Counted from the first letter of the whole stretch, positions 48,387 through 62,960 are shown. The stretch is 63,660 nucleotides of DNA, filler included, from Octopus bimaculoides (GCF_001194135.2; 6 parts of 4 records of this genome joined end to end with filler, not necessarily neighbours in it), one strand, 5' to 3'. A program made the numbers and translations. The notes: generated by a model not told the origin, from the sequence alone.

Positions 48387-50149
48387 TTGGCTTTCCATCT
48401 ACCAAATTTCTTGGACATGAGGCTTGCATGATCGGATCGCATCTAGAATCATATGGTTTTGAAGGGAAATTCTTAACCTCACAGTCATTCATATGCCTGT
48501 ATCTCACTTAATTGATTTTCCTATATACTTTGCCTTGGTTAAAATTTTCAATCATATCTTTGGGAATTATAGAAACAAATCCCTTTTGTTTGTTTTCCAT
48601 CCTGCTTTTCCTTGCCAACATGGGTTAGAGGTATATATTATTGAGACATTATTTTACAGCCAGATACTCTTCCTATAGCTAAAACCTGTCTTTCAAGTAA
48701 GAGATCACTCATTACATATCATAAGGATACAAGGCGAATGGACCATTTGTGGACGGAGGTGGGGGGGGGGGGAGACAACAACTTCACCACTTGTGATGTT
48801 TGGAAAAGCACAAATGTAAACACATGCGCTCACACACACATACACAGAAGCACACGCACTCACACACGCACTCACACATTCACACATACAGTGGGTTTCT
48901 TTCACTTCTACATTATATGATTTCATGATGAATTCAAAAATAAGTTACTTTTTAAATTGATTTTACTATTTAAAAAGAAAAAAACGAATTATGTTAACTA
49001 CTACTTGGAATGACATGAGTTTTTGAATATCTTCAAACCAAAATAGAAGACATGGAAAAATATTGGGAAAATCTAAAATCGATTTGAGTGGAATTTTCCA
49101 AATAATCAAAATGTTTTGTTTCTTTCAATATTTTCGTTTTTGACTCTTGATCAATAGTGTTCAGTTATTCACTTATGATTTCCTATACAACTTAGCATTC
49201 CATAAAGGTTTCATTCCGATTTTTATTACAACTTGCTTAGTGGAGTTGAGGTGAAATAAAGTTGTTATTGATAGAAACTGTACTCTGGGAAATATATTGA
49301 CAGTTCCTTGATTTTTAGAAAATCTAAAAACTAAACTTTGCAAGAAGTTTGAAATTGTAGAATAAACTAAATGTACAAAAACAAAGAATGAATATTTTCA
49401 TCAAGTCCCAAGTAGACGGAGCATTTCTTTCTTGACATTTATGTCCATTTGATTTTGTTTGGAATGTCTTAACAATTTTTGAATACCACACTGGTAGAAA
49501 TAATCAATACCATGCTGGTAGAAATTCCTCCCATATATGACTATCCGAACTTCAATGTATATATTATCACATATCTTAAGTATATAAATCAGAAACCTAG
49601 TCATCAATGGAATATTGGTTGCTGTTGAATGTTCTGGACAAGGAAATATTTATTTCTAGTTCTTTTGAGTATTTATCTTTTATTTGTTTCAGTCACTGGA
49701 CTGTGGCCATGCTGGGGCATGGCCTAAAAGGGATTTAGTCAAATAAATCAACTTCAGTCCTTACTTTTTAAAGATTGATGCATTGATGTGGGTGCTTGTG
49801 CCATGTAAAATGCACCTGTGGTGATGCCAACTGAAAAGTACTGATGATGGTACCGCATAAAAAGCACCCAGTACACTCTGTGGAGTGGTTAGCATTATGA
49901 AGGACATCCAACCATATAAACCAGGCCAAAACAGACTATGGAACTTGGTGTGGCCCCTGGCCTTACCAGTTGCTGTCAAGCTGTCCATCCCATGCCAGCA
50001 TGGAAAATGAACATTAAGTGGTGGTGATGATGATGATGATGATGATGATGATATGAATTCTGTCAGTGGTTTTGCAAATACTGCAAAAAAAAAAAAACTA
50101 AGTTATGAACACAAACAAACTAATACCACTTGTCAAGTAGTGTGAAGAC

Positions 50150-50340
50150 AGAAGCATACACATATGTATGTACACACACACACACACACACATACATATA
50201 TGATGGGTTCTTGTCAGTTTCCATCTACCATACTCACTCACAAGGCTTTGGTCAGCCCAGATCTAGTAGAAGATTCTTGCCCAAGGTGCCATGTGGTGGG
50301 GCTGAAACTGAAACCATGCGATTAAGAAGCAAACTTGTTA
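50150..50340 (-). mobile_element. Family B SINE 5' half
   Basis: cacaaggctttggtc...cttgcccaaggtgcc...gaaaccatg. Confidence 0.75.
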
Positions 50341-52529
50341 TTCCAAAATGATTATGTAATATCTCTAAATTAGCTAAATTTATTAGTATCATTTATATGA
50401 TGTTTCCGAATGAGCAAAGTTAATTAACAGTATTTATAAAACACAAAACAATGAAAAGTATTACTAAATTTGCAGTGGAATATAAATTAGATTCCCTTGA
50501 ATTGTTACAAATCCAATACTAACTTTAAAATACATGGATAAAAATAGTGAATACTTCAGAGTATAACAGACTAAATTTCTAGGTTAATTAAAAATTTCTC
50601 TAATATCCAAAGTCAAGAACCAAATAAGATTCTAAATTATAAAATAGTTGATGTCCTTAATGCAAGTTTATTTTGGGGGGGTTTTTTCTGCTGCTTTTTT
50701 TTTTTAAGAAAACACAATTTTAATTGATATTTGAAATCCAATTATTAATGCAAGTATGGGATGGGATATGAAGTAAAAGTTTATTCCTTAAAAAAATATA
50801 AACTGAAATTATATTCAGTTTAAACCAGTAGGTTTCCACCACTTTTAGCTTATGAACTTTTTTGATTCCTATTTTATTTAGGTGGACACTCATAGCCATT
50901 CAATATTTTAAAATCCTATTATATTTTTACAATTAGATATTATGAGGAATTGTATTTAAAAAATTGTTAAAATATTTTGTGTCTTGTAAAAGTATAACCA
51001 ATTTATTGCAGATAAATTTTAATGACAAAATCTTATGTGGACCCCCCATAGGCTATATGGACCCCAATTGAGAACCATTGGTTTAAACCTTAAATCAAAT
51101 TAAATCCACTTAATAAGTAGGCTTGTTTTATTTAATCTTATTCAATATTGAAAGAGGAATCAAATTTAATCAAGAAACTAGTTGGATATTCTTTAAAGTG
51201 ATGTCTGCAATATAATGCTCATAAAATAATTCTGTACTTATTAGTGTTGAATGTGTACTAAGTCCTTTGTTTATTCTCATCATTTTATTGTAGCAGTCCG
51301 CTGAAGAAATCAGTCCACATAAAATATTGTTATATGAAACTTTAAGCTACTTAGCACAGACATTGAAAATTCATATACTTCATTTTCCTATTTCTTTATT
51401 ATCATCCTGCAATTTTTTCTAAAGATTTGCTCCAATTCATTCTTCATTATTATCTGCCTTTTACATTGTAAGATCCTTAATTTTTAAAGTTTTGACTCAG
51501 AATAAGTTGGTGGATAAACCTATCATGCTACAGGTCTTCAGTGGGAACTTTGATTTTGATTTATGTGGACGGATTCTTCAGGTCAAAGTACTAGTCTGTA
51601 GAATGTGTTCACCTCAACCATCACAGCAATATTTTGTGATTCAGCTGCAATACTGAATATGGTGTATAACTGTAATCTTATGTGTGATATAAAGCTATAA
51701 TACTGGTTTGAGCTTCATTTTCAGTTATTTTCCAATGCAGGAAATGACAAATTTTCTGTATCAGCAATATTTTTAAAATATTATAAATGCTTTATGAATT
51801 CATTCATTTCCATCAGAATACAAGATGAGGTGTAATTAATTAAACGATGGTTTTTGCACTGAACTGCGAGACAAGAGACTGGAGTGAGCTCTGTCAAAGT
51901 TTGGTGTCTTAGAGAACTAGAATGGAGTATTATACAATGTATATTAATGTGGTTAAAAATTTACCAAGGCCTTCCTGTTAAACTTCATTTTCCTTTATGG
52001 CTTTTACAACTTATTTCTACTTACCAAATCAACCAATGAAAGAAGCCTGTAAGCAGGCACCTGATCTGCTAAAATAGCAACCAAATCTTCCACAAATCAC
52101 ACTTTAACATCAGGTTGGCTAAATCACTTAGAGTAAAATTTGACAAACATTAAACTGTGTGTAGACGAATGGAGAGGGACTGTCTTTGTTCTGTGATGAT
52201 TTAATCCATCATCCTGTTTAACTTGTCCATCTGACCCTAGCATACCTTTCATAAAATCCATTCCAGATGAGGTCTCCAGTCTAAGTATGACTCCATCCTT
52301 TCCTTTTTCTAACTAAGTTACTATCATTATTGCAGTTCAGCAAAAGAGACCAATTGAATAAGTACCAGGCTTAGAAAAAAATTCATTTAATTAAAAATTG
52401 TTCAAGGCAGTGCCCCAGCATGGCTGCAGTCTAATGACTAAAACAAGTAAAAGATAAAAAGATTACGTATCTATATTCCCCATATCTAAGGGACACAAGA
52501 ACTTTCATACACATGTATGCACATCATTG

Positions 52530-53000
52530 TCATCATCATCATCATCATCATCATCATAATACATTTTTCTTGTTGACATGAGTTGAGCAGTTCAACAGGA
52601 ACTGACAAGTCAGAAGACTGCACCATGCCCTGTTGTCTGTTTTGGCATAGTTTCTACAGCTGGGTGCCCTTCCTAACACCAAACACTTTAGAGAGTGTAC
52701 TGGGTGCTTTCTAACATGACACCAGCACCAGTGAGGTCACCAAGTAACTTGCAAGACCAGACCCTTCAACTGAAGATGGTGGAGAGAGCAGTAGTGAGAG
52801 ACATATTGCAGTAGAGAAGAAACATGGCTGCCTTAGGTAGTGGGGGGGGGAGAGAGAAGATGGTGAAGATGCAGTGCAGTGGGAGGGGTATGCAGTAATG
52901 TAGGTCAGGGAAGTGGAAGAGAGTGAGTGGGTAAGTTTCAGAGATTTTGAAAGGAGAGTAGGAGATGAAGGGTAGAGAGAATGCAGTGAGTGGACCACGG
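52530..53000 (-). mobile_element. RTE-type 3' tail element, same family as 21627-22040
   Basis: (CAT)n, gggtgcccttcctaacacc, agagtgtactgggtgcttt, ggtcaccaagtaacttgcaag. Confidence 0.72.
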
Positions 53001-53206
53001 GTCGGGGGAGGAAGTATTAGTAGGATAAGTTGAGGTAAATAGATTCGACAGTAACAGATTGTGTGCAGGTACATTTGTGAGTGTAAGTGATAGAGGGGAG
53101 GGAGAATACAGGTAGCCGGGAGTTGAAAAGATGAGTGGTGGGGGAAATATATAAAGTTGAAAATGACATAGTGTGTGTGTGTGTGTGTGTGCGTGTGTGT
53201 GTGTAA

Positions 53207-53420
53207 AGGAGGCGAGCTGGCAGAAACGTTAGAATGCCAGGCGGAATGCTTAGCGGTATTTCATCTGTCTTTACGTTCTGAGTTCAAATTCCGCCGAGGT
53301 CGACTTTGCCTTTCATCCTTTCGGGATTGATAAATTAAGTACCAGTTACATACTGGGTCGATCTAATCAACTGGCTCCTGCCCCCAAAATTTCGGAGCTT
53401 GTGCCTAGAGTAAAAAAGTA
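53207..53420 (+). mobile_element. Family A tRNA-derived SINE
   Basis: aggaggcgagctggcagaaacgttag...gcctttcatcctttcgggattgataaattaagtaccag; a partial copy lies at 28153-28272. Confidence 0.88.
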
Positions 53421-54689
53421 TGTATATGTATATTTGTAAGTGTGTGTGTGTGTGTGTGTGTGTGCACGCATGTGTGTGTGCACGCATGTGTGTGTGATTG
53501 CTGATTCCATTTTGTTTGTTTGTGTGGCTGGGGGATTATGGCTTAATCAGAGGAAAGAGATCATTGACCATAAACATTTTCAAAGTCTCCAAGTCTAGTA
53601 GAAGAAAGGGAGAAAGTTTCTTTTCACTGGAAACCTGGCTCAGATTCTTGCAACCAAGTCGTGACTCTGCTAAAGACTGCTTCCTTAAGAGCAAAGTAGG
53701 TGGAATTAAACTAGGTGATGGATTATGCCTACCACCCAAGAACAGGCATGTTTTCCATATTGAGCTTTCACATGGTTTCTGTCTGTCAAATTCCACATTC
53801 AAAATATTACCAAACTGAGACAATGGTTAAAAAAAACAAAGAAAGAAGAAACTTGGCCAGATTGTCATGCAAAGAGTTTGAATCCAACACCACACAGCCA
53901 CAATACAAAATTCTTAACTGCACAGCCATGCCCACCCCAGCTATATGATATTTTTGCAAAGAAACAAGCCAATGTTCCTTCTAATAAGATTCCAATACAA
54001 ATAAAAACATTGATCTTAGCAATTGTTTGCTGATTACATTTCTTTCTATTTAATTCATTTTATTTTAATTTAGATAATTATTGTTTCTCTATTTAAACTT
54101 TTATTGAGGCACCAATTTATTGTTTCTATTTACCTTAAATATAATTTTGTTTATTCCTTTCATTGAGATGCTGTTCATATATATTAAAATTCCTAAGAAA
54201 TTATCTTCTCCATGTTAACAAACTTGAGTTAATTCAGTCTTTGATATCTTGTGGATTTTCTTAGATAAAATCTGTTTGCTGAAGCAAATGAAAGAAATAA
54301 AATCTGACATATTATACCCAATGATTGATTCTTTTACACAGCTACATTTGATATCTACTTCAAAAATATTCCCTTTTATTGTGAAGTATATTTGCCACCT
54401 AAATGTGGTGGTCCCATAGAGGATGATGCTACTGTTTTTTATAGCCCCAGGAAGACATCTCCTCCAGCTGGCTAACCACACGCTATCTGTGTCTGATTAG
54501 TATTTGTAAAGGGAAATCATCATTCCCATCTCTGGGCCTATATGATACACACAGACCCAGGTTTCATCCTTTTATTAATTTAATTCTTCTACATTATATT
54601 TCAAATGGTTGCCTTCCACTTTAGGGCCCAGAAAATATTTCAATAGTTATTGACCCTTTACAAACTATAAATCAACCCATACTAAATTC

Positions 54690-55270
54690 ATCATCATCAT
54701 CAAGATTCTTTAACTGATGCAGCCAGTCATTGGAATGCCACTCTAGATGCTTTCTTAGTCAGCCATCATCACTGCTCTCTGTGTAGCAGGTCTGTTGTGC
54801 AGTGATCTGTCCAGTCCTTGATGTTGTCAAACTAGTATTTTCTCTGTCAGCTTCTCTTTCATCCTCCATATTTAAAATACTGCTCACATATCTGCAGTGG
54901 AGAAACTGCTATCTACACAAACCTTTACTGACTTTCATGTTGCACCTTCAAGCCAACTAACATGTCATTGTCCTCTCTATCTCATATTTTTACCACAATG
55001 CTTTCTGCTCTTATGAAGATTTTGTGTTTAATGCAACCACCTCTTCCTTGTTATCATCTATACAAAGTATCATCAACTGAACTCTGTGATTTAAAAAAAA
55101 ACACTTCCTGCAGAAGTACAACCCTTTGAAACCTGCCTTGGATTCCACACTCTCTTTCTCTGTGGACATCAAAATACAGGGATTCAAACAACTAAAGTTC
55201 AATCACTTTGTCCTCATCTCTGAGAAAGCCTTGAAAAGGCTACAAATCAGGACCCTCTTCCTTAGACTCA
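54690..55270 (-). mobile_element. Old RTE-like LINE relic with (GAT)n tail
   Basis: Degenerate RT (FVAFSRL, GCTSAGSVFFL, CIDDN), C-terminal IKDWTD-like segment, and a (CAT)n tail on the plus strand. Confidence 0.5.
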
Positions 55271-57529
55271 ATAAAAAAGATATAATAATGCTTAGTTAAA
55301 GATATTTCAACAATGCGTAATTTTTATAAACTTAATGATGTTGAAGTAATATATTATGTATAAAAAATGATATTGCAAATTTATTCCTTAGAGTCAGTTT
55401 GGTTTATGATTCAGTAATATTCACTAGTGAACTACATATTCTATTCACATAATTATTATCTAAATTGAAACCTTTTCCAGTGAACTTCCTTCCTACACTG
55501 CAATTCACATTCTATTATTTAGCTCCATCCATACCAAGAGGCTACATAAGATAATGTTGCCAAATACACTGTTATTTCTTTTTTTTATTTAAATATTTTA
55601 TAAGGAAAAATTATCTACCACTAGCTATTATAACCTAAATTTGCTTTATACTGTTTTCTATTAAGGTTTCAGTGCAATGAGCTTTCAGCATTAATTACAG
55701 TGACTTTGCTATTTGTTTTCCTTGCACCAGGTCTCCCTAGATATTTTCCCCAGTCATTCCAAGTTGTTACAACATTTAGCATTCATTCAGTCATTAAAAT
55801 TCTATAATCTACCTTTTATCTAAAATCTGGCAGTAATGGTCAGACTTTGCTGATAAAACCAAAACCTGTCTAGAGTTATTACTGTACTATCAAAGATCAA
55901 ACTCACTCCCTCTACTCACTGCATTCTCTTTTTAATTAATTGTAACTAATTTAAATTCCAAGGTTGTCTACTTTCTCTGTCTTGTACAGAATTACTCATT
56001 AAGATATTTGTTTTTCTCCTTCCTGCTTATTCAATTTTAATTACATACATTAATTATGTTAGGACTAACTTTACTTTCTGTTTCAATGTTCGGCAATCGT
56101 TTGTGCTGCAGTTTGATGAGAAGCATAATATCAGTTCTTTAAACAATTTCAAGTCATTTAGTTGTCTATCATCCTTATTTGTTTAAATGACATATAGAAG
56201 AAGAGATAACATTAGGCAGGAACTGACTTAAAATAAAGGGAATCTTGAAAAGAGTCTATTTTTAGTCAATAGCCAATTTTCGATCTTGAGTTTTTCAAGA
56301 CAAGTTCTTTATACAGCCAAAATCTTCATAAAATTCTACACGCTGAAAATACAGTAACAAAAACATCAAAATACATATATGTATATCAATTACATAAAAC
56401 ATTATAAAATATATCAGAAAAATAATGATCTTCTTTAGAAACTTCTTTTCAGATTTTTACATGTTCTTTTCAAATTATCACTTTTCCATAAGGTAATTTT
56501 TTTTTTTTATGTATTCCAGCTTGTTTAGTTTATTGTCTATAAATTTCTTCCACTATTAGTGAAATAAAGTTTTTAAAGAATTAAGCACAGAGGAAGTTAT
56601 AGAAAAATATTACTTTTTGTTCTAGTTGAAAATATCCTGGAAAAAAATTTTTTTTTGTATATCTCACCAAATTTTTTTTTAAAGGTAGTCTATGTGAAAA
56701 GAATCATGAGAAAGCAGTCTTATTTTATGTATATCTACTATTAGTATTATAGAATAATTCTTAACAAGAGATGAGATTAAATTCCAGAAAAAAATCTAAT
56801 AAATAATTCTTAACAAGGGATGAAATTAAATCTCAGAAGAAGTTTAATATAGATTTAATCTAGGAGATCAGTCTAACTTAAAACCTTAATCTTAAAGAGA
56901 ACTTTTCTGAACCCAAACCTATAAGATTTTTGTGTTGCTGGTTTCTATTGGCAACAATCTGTTTGTTTACATCTATTTTTTCCGATGCTGGCACGGGGTC
57001 ATTGAGAAGTTATTTGAGACAATATTTCACAGCTAGTTTCTTTTCCTGTCACAGATCCTTTACTTTTCTCTATTTCCCCAAAACTATCTTTCCCAATAGT
57101 GAGTACTGTTTTTCGCTCTTCACTACCACCCTCTATCATCACACACACTATCTTTCCTATTCTCCATCAGTTATAGGGTTAGGGTTAGGGTTAGTCTTCC
57201 AAGCTGTAAGGTGACCTCTCTAGTGCTGTGCAAAAGTATCATTTACACTCTGTAAATTATTGACACTTTACCAAAATAGACACTGGAACTTGAGGCAGTC
57301 CCTCTACTTGTTGTATCCTGAAGAATTGTCTAACCCATACCAGCATCAGAGTGGAGGACTCGTGTTAAATGATGATGTGATATACCACATCATCATGTAT
57401 ACAAACATTTTGATCTCTGAAACATAATAGCCCTGATTCCAACCAACCAGGCTGTGAGTTTGGTAAATTTGGTGAGTGAATTTGGTAAATGGAAACTGTA
57501 TGGAAGCCCATTGAGTGTGCACTACCAAC

Positions 57530-58291
57530 CCCGAAAAGAGATTGATACAATAAGTACCAGACTTTAATAAACTCTTCAAGGCAGTGCCCCAGTATGGTTG
57601 CAGTCCAACAACTGAAACAAGCAAATGTTATGTAGGTGCAGGTGTAGCTGTTTGATAAGAAGGCACAGGAGTGGGCGGTGAGCTGGCAGAAACGTTAGCA
57701 TGCCGGGCGAAATGCTTAGTGGTATTTCATCTGCCATTACGTTCTGAATTCAAATTCCGCCGAGGTCGACTTTGCTTTCATCCTTTCGGGGTCGATAAAT
57801 TAAGTACCACTTACGCACTGGGGTCAATATAATCGACTTAATCCCTTTGTCTGTCCTTGTTTGTCCCCTCTATGTTTAGCCCCTTGTGGGCAATAAAGAA
57901 ATAAGAAGGCACAGGAGTGGCTGTGGTTCCGGGTTCAGTCCCACTGCATGGCGCCTTGGGCAAGTGTCTCCTATTATAGCCTCAGAATGACCAAAGCCTT
58001 GTGGGTGGATTTGGTTAATAGAATCTAAAAGAAACCTGTCATGTATGTGAGACAATATTTCACAGCTAGTTTCATGTATGTGTGTTGTCTGTCTGTTTGT
58101 CCTCCACTACCACTTGACAACTGGTGTTGGTGTGTTTACACCTCCATAACTTAGCAGTTTGACAGAAAGAGACTAATGGAATTAGTACCAAGTTAAAAAA
58201 AAAAATAAGTACTGGGGTTGTTTTGTTCAACCTAAAATGCTTCAAGGCAGTGCACCAGCATGGCCACAGTCAAATGACTCAAACAATTAAA

Positions 58292-58295
<4 letters not shown>
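57530..58295 (+). mobile_element. Family B SINE tail plus full copy, interrupted by a family A SINE
   Basis: Tail at 57530-57625; head at 57635 resumes after 57920 (gggttcagtcccactgcatggcgccttgggcaagtg); tail near 58245-58290. Confidence 0.8.
57674..57900 (+). mobile_element. Family A tRNA-derived SINE with 20-bp TSD
   Basis: ggcggtgagctggcagaaacgttagc head; TSD ataagaaggcacaggagtgg at 57655-57674 and 57901-57920. Confidence 0.92.
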
Positions 58296-58335
<40 letters not shown>

Positions 58336-59124
58336 NNNNNNNNNNNNNNNNNNNNNNNNNNNNNNNNNNNNNNNNNNNNTTAATTAATTAANNNNNNNNN
58401 NNNNNNNNNNNNNNNNNNNNNNNNNNNNNNNNNNNCCACCCCCCAAAAAAATCTCTAATCAAAGAGCACTAGATTCTTTGGAACAAAGTAAGCGAATGTA
58501 TACGAAAACAAGGACGAAAAGAACCCCAGAGAAATGGTACACAAATACAAATAACAGGACATTAACAACGGGTGTCTTTCGACAAAGGACGAATTAAATT
58601 AAGCTGGCGTGTGTGGAAGTGAAGCCTTGTACATTCATATATATATATATATATACGTATATAAAACAGTAGGGTGTGATTTGAGGACGATTGGGCGTTA
58701 TTTCTGGTACGTCTAGCTACTATATGCAGGTCTTCTTGGTTGGCAGTTAGAACAGAATCTAGTTTATGCATACTTGTGGGGGGGGGGCGTGCTATATGTG
58801 TGTGTGTGTGTGCGTGCGGTCATGATTAAATGTGATATAATAATTGAATAGGCGTGTGTAGATGTACGTATGCACACATCTAATGTATTATAGAAATATG
58901 TGTGTGTTTGTGTGTGTTTGTGTGTGTGTGTGTAGAAAGACGGTAGAAGGAAAAAGCTGAGGTAAGTAAACATTAGATAGAAACTGCTGACGTCATACCA
59001 CACCCACTTGCAGGTGAGCACACCTGTACACACTTGAATAGAGGGTGTATATGAAGAGACAACAATAGCATATATATAGATATATGCATAGATTGAAATG
59101 AACGTAGACACGCATCTCGGTATG

Positions 59125-59125
59125 T

Positions 59126-59171
<46 letters not shown>

Positions 59172-59234
59172 GCACATATATATATATATACATACACATA
59201 TATATTTATGTACGCACGTGTGTAGGTAGGTATG

Positions 59235-59285
<51 letters not shown>

Positions 59286-59770
59286 GTATATATATATATG
59301 TATATATATATATNNNNNNNNNNNNNNNNNNNNNNNNNNNNNNNNNNNNNNNNNNNNNNNNNNNNNNNNNNNNNNNNNNNNNNNNNNNNNNNNNNNNNNN
59401 NNNNNNNNNNNNNNNNNNNNNNNNNNNNNNNNNNNNNNNNNNNNNNNNNNNNNNNNNNNNNNNNNNNNNNNNNNNNNNNNNNNNNNNNNNNNNNNNNNNN
59501 NNNNNNNNNNNNNNNNNNNNNNNNNNNNNNNNNNNNNNNNNNNNNNNNNNNNNNNNNNNNNNNNNNNNNNNNNNNNNNNNNNNNNNNNNNNNNNNNNNNN
59601 NNNNNNNNNNNNNNNNNNNNNNNNNNNNNNNNNNNNNNNNNNNNNNNNNNNNNNNNNNNNNNNNNNNNNNNNNNNNNNNNNNNNNNNNNNNNNNNNNNNN
59701 NNNNNNNNTATATATATATATATATATATATATATAATGTACGTATTTTATATATATATATATGTGTGTG

Positions 59771-59828
<58 letters not shown>

Positions 59829-59850
59829 TATATATATATATATATATAAT
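59125..59850. repeat. (TA)n/(CA)n microsatellites flanking an N gap
   Basis: Direct reading; gap at 59314-59708. Confidence 0.95.
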
Positions 59851-61020
59851 ACTTTTTCTTTTGAATATGAAAATTTAAAAGTTTAAAAACCTTATAATAT
59901 ATATATATATATATACGCACTCATAAATAGTAATATAAATGTATATTAAATAGTAATATAAATTAAATAGTAATATAAATACGCACAAATACTTATTTGC
60001 GTATATACCAATATATATTTAGATACTCCAACATGTATATACATCTGTGTGTGTGTATGTATGTATATGTATTAATGTATGCAAAGTTATATGTGTGTGT
60101 ATGACAAACGTCTTTGATACGTGAATTTAGAACTTATCAAGTAATTAGGCATAAAAAAAAAAGAAATCCTGGAAAGTTACTGGTTTCGTATTAAAACGAC
60201 AATCGTCAGCAGGTGTGACTATGTAAGACATAAGAAGAAGCTGTTGGAAAATGTACACAACGCTACAAACTCTACAGTCGTCTGGGTTTATCCAATCAAG
60301 ACCAATTAATTCATGAAAATTGATTCTATTTGCATCTACATCTAAACATTATATTCCTCATCCATGCGACATATATCTCTCACTCACACACAAACACATT
60401 TATGTGAATAGTGCAGGCTTGATTTCGTGGTGAGGAGTTTGCTTCGCAACCACATGTTTCTGGGATCTGTTCCAATGGAGTGGATTTAGAGGACAAAAAC
60501 TGAAAGAAGCCCTTCACACACGCATATATATATGTATACGTCTTCAGCCATGTGGCAAGACCAGGTCAACATGACTGGATGTAGAGAGGGGTGCAGTAGA
60601 TGACCTCTTACTCTTCTTTTCGTTCTTGGACTCCCCAAGCTCGCACGTACTTCTTTGCCCCTCCTGTTCGTGCTTCACAGCGTTCAATACATACACACTT
60701 CACGTCTGGCTGTACAGCCTTTTTGCTTGTTTGTTTATTCACCGTTTCGTTTTCCTGTCTTGTTTTCCGTCCGCCACTACCCTCCACGAAAATAATTTAA
60801 TTTGTGTTCGNNNNNNNNNNNNNNNNNNNNNNNNNNNNNNNNNNNNNNNNNNNNTTAATTAATTAANNNNNNNNNNNNNNNNNNNNNNNNNNNNNNNNNN
60901 NNNNNNNNNNTATATATATATATATATATATATATGTATGGATGTATGTATGTTTGTATGTATGTATGTATGTATGTATGTATGTATGCTTCTATGCATG
61001 CTTGTATGTATGTGTTTATG

Positions 61021-61140
61021 TACAGGGTTGACTAGCCCGGATTTTTTCTTGCGGGGATACCTGAAAATGAGGGTTTACGTCAGCAAACTGGAGAACCTGG
61101 TGCAACTAAAGGAGAACATCAATAGATGTTACTTAACGGT
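61021..61140 (+). mobile_element. Internally deleted Tc1-like fragment, same family as 5794-6122
   Basis: A TA-cagggt start is followed directly by LTSPDFFLRGYLKMRVYVSKLENLVQLKENIN, nearly identical to the 6-kb copy. Confidence 0.75.
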
Positions 61141-62224
61141 TCAGTGAAATGTTTCTGATTGGATAAATAGCAAGTTTTAAATATGTAATAGAATCGATTT
61201 ATTCGACTAAACCCTTGGCAGTAGTGTTCCAGTATGGTTACGCGCAAATGATCAAAACAAGTAAAAGGGTAAATGAACACTAAAATATGCGCACACACCA
61301 AACACACTCACACACACATACACATAAACATATATACACACACACGCCTACACAAAGAAAACCACACAGACACGTATACACAAACACACAGGTATATACA
61401 CAGTTACACTTCTACAAATATACACATACATAACAGACGTAAAAATTGTAAAAATATCTTTAATAGCGTCAATAGTTTCAAGTCTCACATGAATGCCAAA
61501 TCAACATACGCAGTAAACTAATTGCGTACGTGTGTCTACGTTTGTACATGTGTTGTGTGTGTATGCGTATGTTTGTGTGTGAGTGACTGCATTTTGTTTT
61601 TGACATGTACAGGTCAAAAAATACAAATACATATGAATAGGATTATAAAATTATACATCTTTGAGAGAAGTGAAATGAATGTGTTATCTTAATGGGATAT
61701 TTTCCACACGTGTACATTCGTAACATTTTCGCTTGAAAGATCCACCAGATGTTTGTTTTTCATACAGAATGTAAGATGTAAACAAATAAACAAATAAACA
61801 AGCAGCAAACTGAAAAATATAAATCAACAGTCGAAATCTCGTATGTTCTAGTGAAAAACATATGTTGCAATCTAAAAATGGAATTGTTTAGATATCCAAG
61901 CTAAATTTCGGCTTCTTTCGACAAGCAAAACCACAGACTTCCGAAGTAAGTTTCTTTAGCCGGTGATATGAGATGAATATATATTGCAGTTCTGCACTTC
62001 ATTTATATCTATAGTTTATATAAGCAAGGTTTCAAACTCGGACCGAGGCTATATATACTTGTTAGGTGAAGCAAGGCACACACACAGACACACGTACACA
62101 CGCATGCACAAACATATGTATACACTCTCATGGCTGAAAGATAGACATATGCATATATTCTCTTGCTCATTTATATGTTTCGGCCCTAAGGCTGTAGCCA
62201 TGTTGGTGCATTGCCAGTGATAAT

Positions 62225-62960
62225 ATTCCGCATTATATATATGGTGAAACTTGTTTACTGATTATGCTTCAAGAACCCCGCAGAGAACTTTTGCAGTTTC
62301 AAGCAATGTTGATTTATGTAGGTGTTCAATCTTTAAATTTATTCGAATCTTTTGGAGCCATATTAATTGTTGAGTGCTGATAGTTGCAAGCACACCAGTT
62401 ACTACGCTCAATCTCTTCGTTGCTCACAACTAGCATATTTCCCACTTCAAATCATTATAGGTGTTCAATTTTCTTCTTCTTTCTGTCTGATCTTCTTGTC
62501 TCCAAGATATGCTATGTCAATTATCATGCAAGTTTTTTGTTCGCTACAATGTCAGGTTTTCGATGTCTGATCTGATATTTACACTGACTCATTTCATCCC
62601 ACTGAACATTGAGTCTTCATTCTTGGTAACACTTCTGAGATTTGGTCACACTACGTCTTTGCTCTTTGTAGGTTGTGATTTCTACCGAGCTCCCAAATGC
62701 ATCATTTTTGTCACGTTGTCATGCCGTGTTTTGTAATCACGTTGTCATTGTGCCAGTTTCGGGCATTCGCTAGCAATGTGCCATACCATTTCACCCCTCT
62801 CACCTCACACTCTACATTTGTCACTCTCAGTTGTGTTGTCAATTCAGCACCACACATAATTCGGTTTGTTCTTGATCTGCATATTCTCTTTTGTGTTGTT
62901 GCAATAAAAGCACGTTTACATATTTGGGTTGTCAGGGATACGTTTCATACAAAATTTAAT
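62225..62960 (-). mobile_element. Dong/R4-clade RLE endonuclease relic
   Basis: KCRV.GE..EMVWHIASECPKLAQ..YKTRHDNV, RHRKPDIV...CMIIDIAY, STLLETAKVL..VLEA*. Confidence 0.88.

Noticed and set aside
51220-56000. Several acceptor-like sites (about 51293, 51816, 55731)
   Set aside because: Following frames hit early stops or lack donors; such sites are expected by chance in AT-rich DNA.
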